DNA of 64,000 nt from Pseudomonadota bacterium. Its GTDB lineage: Bacteria; Bdellovibrionota_F; JAHFAK01; JBDREC01. Below are positions 60,187-64,000 of the stretch, piece after piece. The stretch is taken from the NCBI GenBank assembly GCA_043820105.1, contig JBDREC010000090.1, positions 62,001 through 126,000 on the forward strand, in the 5' to 3' direction. Positions within the stretch are counted from its first letter, which is position 1, and each line of letters starts with the position of its first letter. Both the position numbers and the translations under genes were made by a program. Under the pieces are notes generated by a model. The model saw only the letters and a program-made list of their open reading frames with translations, did not search any database and was not told where the DNA came from.

Positions 60187-63100
60187 TTATTCTGGTAACG
60201 CCATTTTAATACAATCCTCGTGCCATGGATCTTGCTGGCAGATTTTCCAATAGTTTTCAAGTTTTGATCTTATATAGCATTCACTTGGTTTTAGAGCTTG
60301 CCATAAAACTGGGATTGAGAACTTTTGGTTTCTAGTTGTGGGTTTTAAAATGCCTTCTCCAAAGTAACCTGGATTAAGATTTAGTCTTTCTTCCATTAAA
60401 TTTAAAATATCATCTTCAAATTCAGGGCAATTTACATTAAAATTTGAATCAACAGTATATTCAGCTTGCCATATATATTGATCAAATAATCTGAGTTCTT
60501 TGAAAAAGTATGCTACATCATCTTTAAATATTGAATTTGGGAAATTATTTTCACGAGCTGTTACATTGTAAAAATATAAAAGTCTAGGCAATGAATATTT
60601 CATTTGAATTTGATCTGCCAAATAAGCATATGAATCCCAGGTTTCTTCATATGTTTGTGCCTTTTTAGCCAAGGAAATTGATGTAAAATAAATATCTTCT
60701 ATATCATTTTTTGAAATTCCACATCCTGCCTTTATTTCTTCAGCAATGATTCTTTTTGAGGTTTTTCCACTAAGGACTAGTAATAAAAGATCGTTTGGCA
60801 AGAGGGCTAGTTTTACTATATAATCGCCGGGAGTGCCAATAGCGTTTGGATTAAAATGATGAACAGCCTCTATACCAAAGCTTGCTAAAAATGCTGCTAT
60901 GGCAATTGGGTGAAAGCCCTTTGGTCTTTTAAAATAATTTATAGGCATATATAAGAGTCTTGAAAGCATTCCATATCGATCAGCAACAGCCGCTGTTTGA
61001 GCTGCATTCAAAGCAAATAATTCAAGTGAAACAAATCCACCAAGCATGATAGTTGAATTGGCTATATTTCCCATTGTTTGGTTATAAAGTAATTGTTTTT
61101 CATCTCGCTCTAGATATTTTGAAGCTAGATGATAAGTAGTTAGATTTGAAATTACATCAAGTCCCCACAAAAGGCTCATGGTATTGATTGAAAAGATCTG
61201 CCTGATCCAATTTGCCTTTGGCGAGTTTTTATACCATTTAAAAAAATCTCTATATGCCTCTGATCCTTTTAGTCTTATTTCAGCTGAAGAATTCGCAAGC
61301 CGTGTTCCAAGTCTTGCAAAAGATGATACTCCTTTATCTTTTGGCAAGGTATCTCCAACTAAATTAAGAAACCATTTGGATCCATCAAACAGCTTTCTAA
61401 AGGGCCAAAGTATGGTTCTCAAGCTTTTGTGGACTAAATAATTTAGTTTGCCGTATTCTGTTGATTTGTATACATCCTCAAAATTTACTTTGCTGATTTT
61501 ATCTTGAACCCTTGCAATTTTATCTAAAGTCCTGTCAATTGCCTGGAGGCTAGATGTGCTTCCTTCGCTTGCAAACATCGTATTTAATCCTTTAAGTTCT
61601 GTTTCGACCATTGTCATTGGTCTTCCATATTTATTTTGCACAGCATTTTTCAGGCTTGTCATTTCTTCTCCAGCGAAAACAGCGCTTAAAATTCTTTGTT
61701 CAGAAACAGTCCATTTGGCAATTGATTCTGTTGATGCATTCAATTCACTTGTCTGGCTAGCGAGGGTTTTTGTAGCTTTTAGAATTTTTGAATTATGTGC
61801 AATGCTTTGAAATTGGTGAGATTCCTTTAGGGCGCTCAAATAGGATTTTAGCCTGGCTAGAGTTTCGCCAATTTCAACAACTCTGGTTTGTGCCAGATTT
61901 ATTTTACCAAAAATCATGAAGGCATCCATAATTCTATCTATTTCAAAGAATTTATCACTTATTGTCATTGCCTTCATCATATTATTCAAGGTCATGATTC
62001 CAGGGCCTGATAAGTCAGAAATAAATTTTAAGCACCAACCTTGTTTATAATCTTTTTCCAAGACTAGTTTAACAGGGCTGGTTTCATTTCCAAGGAGCTC
62101 TATGTAATGATCAGATCCAAAAATGTCTTTTATTGAAACTCTACCTTCAGAATCTTCAAGGTAATTTGCTATTTTCAAGCCCTTTTGCACTGTAACTTTA
62201 ATTTTAACACCAGCTTGAGTTTCAGATCCAAAAATAAAATCCCTTAACATTGGATCAACAGAAATTGCATCACGGTTAACTGCATATAAAAGCAAGAGCC
62301 CAAGGTTTTCATAATAATTAGGAGGACGATATCTTGCTGTTACATCATCATAATCTTTAACCAGGTCTCTGATTGATTCTTCAACCTGAATTTGCCTGTA
62401 TGAGGCTTTTGTATGTGCGGAACTTGCTTCTATGTCAGTTAAAATATTATCATTTGGATCAGATGTGCCATTTGATATTCCCATTAGTGATTTAAGAAAA
62501 TCAACATCTTCATCTGAAATAGTAGGTGGCAACATTTCTCTTGTAAGCACTCCTCCTGGAATTTTGCTGTGGTAATATTTAACAATGTTTTCAGCTGACC
62601 AGTTGTAGTTTGAAAACTGATATAAGCCTGGATTAGGAAAAATGAGTTCAACAGAATTAGGGTCAGTAGTTGGTACAAGTGCCATTTTTATCAAATTAAC
62701 TGCAAGGTCATATTCTTGTAAACTGTTTACATTAAAGTGTGGATGATGTGTAAATAATGCTTCTAATAGCAAGAATCTAACGATATAATAGTGTGCTTCA
62801 CTAGTAATAGAATCAGAAAACATAGAAGAAATAAATTCTAAAGAATTTTCATGCAGCTTTTCATAGGCTAGTTCTAGTCTATCGTAAGCATAAGTGCACA
62901 GCTTTTCCTTGTCAAGAATTTCCCAAATATAATCTCTAATAAGAGGCCAGTTTGGTCCATATTCTTCCATAAGTTGAAGTAGAACAGCGATTTTATTATA
63001 GGCACCATAATGTACATGATAGGTTCTCAATTCTCTGGACATAATGTCTTCAATATCAGCTTGAATTGAAGGCATTATTGGAAATCCTTCGTGAGATGAA

Positions 63101-63258
63101 ATTCTATCAGGTATTGAAACTGGTATAACAAATTCTTCTGCTGCTTCTGGCTCAGCTTCATCTGGAACCTGACAATATGTTGAGAAAAAAAATAATAGAT
63201 TTATTGAGAATAAGAGTAGGATAATCCTAAGATGTTTTTTTAAATAGACAGTACCCAT
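60187..63258 (-). CDS. Large secreted hypothetical protein (1023 aa)
   Basis: Long ORF with signal peptide, helical/coiled-coil middle, hydrophobic segments in C-terminal third; no motif recognised. Confidence 0.8.
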   Translation of the reverse strand: MGTVYLKKHLRIILLLFSINLLFFFSTYCQVPDEAEPEAAEEFVIPVSIPDRISSHEGFPIMPSIQADIEDIMSRELRTYHVHYGAYNKIAVLLQLMEEYGPNWPLIRDYIWEILDKEKLCTYAYDRLELAYEKLHENSLEFISSMFSDSITSEAHYYIVRFLLLEALFTHHPHFNVNSLQEYDLAVNLIKMALVPTTDPNSVELIFPNPGLYQFSNYNWSAENIVKYYHSKIPGGVLTREMLPPTISDEDVDFLKSLMGISNGTSDPNDNILTDIEASSAHTKASYRQIQVEESIRDLVKDYDDVTARYRPPNYYENLGLLLLYAVNRDAISVDPMLRDFIFGSETQAGVKIKVTVQKGLKIANYLEDSEGRVSIKDIFGSDHYIELLGNETSPVKLVLEKDYKQGWCLKFISDLSGPGIMTLNNMMKAMTISDKFFEIDRIMDAFMIFGKINLAQTRVVEIGETLARLKSYLSALKESHQFQSIAHNSKILKATKTLASQTSELNASTESIAKWTVSEQRILSAVFAGEEMTSLKNAVQNKYGRPMTMVETELKGLNTMFASEGSTSSLQAIDRTLDKIARVQDKISKVNFEDVYKSTEYGKLNYLVHKSLRTILWPFRKLFDGSKWFLNLVGDTLPKDKGVSSFARLGTRLANSSAEIRLKGSEAYRDFFKWYKNSPKANWIRQIFSINTMSLLWGLDVISNLTTYHLASKYLERDEKQLLYNQTMGNIANSTIMLGGFVSLELFALNAAQTAAVADRYGMLSRLLYMPINYFKRPKGFHPIAIAAFLASFGIEAVHHFNPNAIGTPGDYIVKLALLPNDLLLLVLSGKTSKRIIAEEIKAGCGISKNDIEDIYFTSISLAKKAQTYEETWDSYAYLADQIQMKYSLPRLLYFYNVTARENNFPNSIFKDDVAYFFKELRLFDQYIWQAEYTVDSNFNVNCPEFEDDILNLMEERLNLNPGYFGEGILKPTTRNQKFSIPVLWQALKPSECYIRSKLENYWKICQQDPWHEDCIKMALPE

Positions 63259-63522
63259 AGTGCGTCACCCAATAATATATCCCTGGTAATTTTATATACA
63301 AAAAATAACACAATATGTCAAGGTTATAAGTGAAATTAATAGTTTCTTAATTTTTTTCTTGCCATGATAAAATATTAATGATACGCACTTTTCATCCTGA
63401 TTGTAAAAAACTAATAAAATTTACTAGTTTTTATAATAATCAATGTGATACTTACGGTTCCTCTTTATTTTTCACACACAGGCTGGATTTTTTTTAACAA
63501 ATTATTTGTAGGATTTTTTAAA

Positions 63523-64000
63523 ATGGAAGGTTTAAATTTAACAAAAGTTATCGAACAAGTTTCTAAAGACAAAGGCATTGATGCACGATTAATAGTTGAA
63601 GCTTTAGAATTAGCTATGCTCACTGCTGCAAAAAAGAAACTTGGTCATGAAAAAGAGATTGAAGCTAAATACAACCCAGATAGGGGTGAAGTTGAGGTCT
63701 TTGAATTTAAAACAGTTGTAAAAGAAGTGCTTCATGAAAATGAAATTTCATTGGAACAAGCAAAAGAGCTGGATCCAGAATCTGAGTATGATGATGTTCT
63801 TGGTGTAAAATTAAATTCAGCAGAGCTTGGTCGAATTTCAGCCCAAACTGCGAAACAAGTTATTATACAAAAAGTTAGGGATGCAGAGCGGGATATCACC
63901 TTCACTGAATATGAGAGTAGAAAAGGTCAGATTGTAACAGGTATTGTGAGAAGATTTGAAAAACGCGATATAGTTGTTGATATTGGAAAGACTGAGGCAG
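63523..64000 (+). CDS. nusA: Transcription termination factor NusA (5' part, runs off window)
   Basis: Manual translation: MEGLNLTKVIEQVSKDKGID..EALELAML.AAKK..LGRISAQTAKQVIIQKVRDAER..EY..RKGQIVTGIVRR. Confidence 0.95.
   Translation, partial: MEGLNLTKVIEQVSKDKGIDARLIVEALELAMLTAAKKKLGHEKEIEAKYNPDRGEVEVFEFKTVVKEVLHENEISLEQAKELDPESEYDDVLGVKLNSAELGRISAQTAKQVIIQKVRDAERDITFTEYESRKGQIVTGIVRRFEKRDIVVDIGKTEA

Overview
AT-rich bacterial chromosome segment (roughly 30% GC by eye outside the rRNA). Gene content and order and the 16S sequence suggest a deep-branching 'Deltaproteobacteria sensu lato' lineage (Bdellovibrionota/Myxococcota/Desulfobacterota-like); this is an impression, not a classification. 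It holds a complete rRNA operon (16S, tRNA-Ile, tRNA-Ala, 23S, 5S). The 23S is interrupted after U1951 (E. coli numbering) by a 710-nt group I intron encoding a single-motif LAGLIDADG homing endonuclease. It also holds an RNase P RNA apparently lacking P18 and many housekeeping genes (rph, PIN-PhoH, nagZ, gmhAB, obgE-rpmA-rplU, tmk-holB-PSP1-tatD, pyrK-pyrD, tandem thyX, apt, proline dehydrogenase, rfaH-like, partial nusA). Accessory parts: an orphan NuoI-like Fe-S protein / AOR / degenerate-ALDH module, a candidate structured sRNA, Tat-signal TldD with PmbA, a TolC-ABC exporter with two adaptors, and a radical SAM / Tat-peptide / glycosyltransferase / deacetylase / GT2-kinase / GT-C cluster beside a large acidic lipoprotein. 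Further accessory genes encode an RRE-like + pseudo-M50 + 2x cNMP membrane protein coupled to a pseudopilin-like gene, and a 1023-aa secreted unknown. Many intergenic spaces carry 7/8-bp tandem repeats, often paired with their reverse complement as long hairpins. No CRISPR array, IS element or prophage was seen. All calls come from reading motifs by eye; no searches were run.
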